Below are positions 41,875 through 43,214 of a stretch of 43,214 bases of DNA, piece by piece; position 1 is the first letter of the stretch; the number at the start of each line of letters is the position of its first letter. Under the pieces are notes generated by a model. The model was given only the letters and a program-made list of their open reading frames with translations. It was not told where the DNA came from and did not search any database. Source of the stretch: Candidatus Vogelbacteria bacterium RIFOXYD1_FULL_44_32 (GTDB lineage: Bacteria; Patescibacteriota; Minisyncoccia; Phycocordibacterales; XYD1-FULL-46-19). The DNA lies in contig MHTJ01000002.1 in NCBI GenBank assembly GCA_001823065.1, positions 8,318 to 51,531 on the forward strand, in the 5' to 3' direction. The translations under genes and the position numbers were made by a program.

Positions 41875-42618
41875 TTATTTTTGCTTATATCTCGACATAA
41901 TCTGCCTGACGTTATCTACTGATACTTTATCTCCATATAAAAATCGCATTAATTCAGCAATAATCGCATTTTTGGACATCCTAATAAGCCGTTTTTCACT
42001 GCTTAAATAACTTCTTAATACATCCTTAGACTTTCTAGACAAAGAAGCGACTCGTTCGTCTCGTAGTCTGTTTACCTTCATCCTAATTCTTTTTTTAACT
42101 TTTTGGTTATTTTTTTCACCCAACGGCACACTTATAATTTCCTCAATCTGGTCCCAATTATATTCAACATATTTTTTTACGTCCGATACTTTGGCTCCCT
42201 CGTGTATCAACAAAGAAACATACTTTTTCCCACTAGCCCTCCAGATAGGTTCTGATGATTTGTAGGTTCCTTTATTGGACGGATTTTCAATTGAGCATCC
42301 ATAAAACATATGACCTTCAGCAATAGCAACCTCTGGAGTAAGTCCATCAACTATGTAAGACGATGCCACGTCGTGAGCGGAAGGTGGTAAGTCATATCTC
42401 TTAAGAAACTCAGCAAGTTTAACTTCGGCTTTAAGTTTTCTTTCAGGGTCTTTCCACTTGGTATCCAGTATCTTCATAGGGTCGTCAGCGAACCCGTTTT
42501 CTGGTATCTCATTATTCTTCCTAAATTTGATAACGTCATTTACAAACTTCTTACTCCGTAGTAAGTCCAGAAAAACTTCATACGTCTTCTCTGTCACTTT
42601 TTTTGATTTTTTAACCAT
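41875..42618 (-). CDS. Hypothetical protein of the integrative element
   Basis: The 247-aa ORF is Lys-rich and AT-rich. The C-terminal segment (SKNAIIAELMRFLYGDKVSVDNVRQIMSRY) could be a helix-turn-helix. I recognise no family. Confidence 0.55.
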   Translation of the reverse strand: MVKKSKKVTEKTYEVFLDLLRSKKFVNDVIKFRKNNEIPENGFADDPMKILDTKWKDPERKLKAEVKLAEFLKRYDLPPSAHDVASSYIVDGLTPEVAIAEGHMFYGCSIENPSNKGTYKSSEPIWRASGKKYVSLLIHEGAKVSDVKKYVEYNWDQIEEIISVPLGEKNNQKVKKRIRMKVNRLRDERVASLSRKSKDVLRSYLSSEKRLIRMSKNAIIAELMRFLYGDKVSVDNVRQIMSRYKQK

Positions 42619-42724
42619 AATTTATTTACTAGAAGAGTAGCCCAGCTCAGTTTCAGTCCAACATTCTAAAAACAATCTAGACTATTGGCCATAAGGACTC
42701 TATTTACTTCCGTCAAATAAAAAA

Positions 42725-43024
42725 CTAATTTGTCCTAAATTTTGCACTTAGAATCAGAAATAAAATTGCTGCAATTACATCAATAATAACCCAGGTTCCC
42801 TTAGCAAAAGTGACGGCAGAAATAGGATTAAAGATGATTGCCAAGATTATCATAATGACACTCCAGCCTACAAGATTTTCCTTGTAAGCTCTGTGGGCAT
42901 TGATTACTCCAGTCAAAGATACAACCCAGCGTAGCACTTGATAGTAGCCGTACGGCCAAATTGAAGGCACAGCCAGCAGAAGCATTATCCCAGATATAAT
43001 TGAGAGGGTTTTAGCTATTTTCAT
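42725..43024 (-). CDS. Small three-TM membrane protein of the integrative element
   Basis: The 99-aa ORF is strongly hydrophobic, and I recognise no family. Confidence 0.5.
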   Translation of the reverse strand: MKIAKTLSIISGIMLLLAVPSIWPYGYYQVLRWVVSLTGVINAHRAYKENLVGWSVIMIILAIIFNPISAVTFAKGTWVIIDVIAAILFLILSAKFRTN

Positions 43025-43214
43025 TTTTGTAACATTGACCAGTCGAGATAAAAGCGTCTGTCAATAGCGTGACGACTTCTACATAGCTACTATCTAGATA
43101 GGAACTTTTAAACAACATCCCGTGGGGCTCTTTTGTGGTTACTGTGACAACTTCTCCTGACTCCTCTAAATTTGAGGGGTAAATGTCACAGGGCTTACTA
43201 TCACATCTACCTAA

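Larger units (their letters stand above)
39420..43214. mobile_element. AT-rich integrative element (prophage or integrative island), left end at about 39420-39435, right end outside the window
   Basis: GC drops abruptly (hand count of line 39721: 15/60). A serine integrase sits at the junction with the truncated comEC. The cargo consists of orphan genes. Confidence 0.6.

Noticed and set aside
41780-42010. A 76-aa plus-strand ORF that starts at the right edge of the recombinase-upstream region and runs into the 247-aa gene.
   Set aside because: It is largely antisense to the much longer and more coherent minus-strand gene 41875-42618. It has low-complexity AT-rich composition.
41271-43078. 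A 10-nt match, cgacttctac, at 41271-41280 and 43069-43078, considered as possible element-internal repeats.
   Set aside because: Hundreds of 10-nt matches are expected by chance in 43 kb, and there is no extended similarity around the match.
1-43214. Alternative genetic code (UGA or UAG reassignment), as seen in some candidate phyla.
   Set aside because: All conserved genes translate to full length with the standard bacterial code, and TGA, TAG and TAA all serve as stops at family-typical protein ends.

Overview
This 43.2-kb fragment comes from a compact, moderately AT-rich bacterial genome. Hand counts of single 60-nt lines in core genes give about 37-48% GC.

Several traits resemble CPR/Patescibacteria-type genomes, though this is inference only:
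- there is no rpmD between rpsE and rplO;
- S14 is the short zinc type;
- core genes lack Shine-Dalgarno (SD) sequences, and some have a -10 box almost touching the ATG;
- there are very large secreted PKD/dockerin-like surface proteins.

Core content:
- a minus-strand str-S10-spc ribosomal super-operon at 18.8-36.8 kb, in the order rpsL-rpsG-fusA, an inserted ORF, tuf-rpsJ-rplCDWB-rpsS-rplV-rpsC-rplP-rpmC-rpsQ-rplNXE-rpsN-rpsH-rplFR-rpsE-rplO-secY-adk-map-ndk;
- infC-rpmI-rplT, smpB plus tmRNA, ftsH, truB and a tRNA with a genomic UAU anticodon;
- a beta-CASP MBL RNase, an M50 protease, rpmB, an amidase and a DoxX-like protein.

Accessory and unusual content:
1. A family of GC-rich structured repeats sits directly against stop codons. 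Three ~175-nt copies (A, B, C) show compensatory base changes. Two related ~110-nt elements (D, E) share termini or a hairpin module with them. All have the same polarity relative to transcription, and one copy supplies the last three codons and the stop codon of rplE.
2. Seven ORFs at five loci are GC-rich (about 53-62% in spot counts), have strong SD sequences and usually their own GC-rich terminators. They are embedded among the SD-less core genes. They include a ~1.7-kb island beside the tRNA and an ORF wedged between fusA and tuf.
3. An AT-rich integrative element carries a large serine recombinase. It appears to have split a ComEC-type gene and contains a ~690-nt ORF-free, hairpin-rich region.
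4. A duplicated 3' end of the tRNA lies 130 nt downstream of the tRNA.

No CRISPR array, rRNA gene or transposase-type IS element was seen. All functional calls come from reading the translations and sequence by eye. No database search was run.
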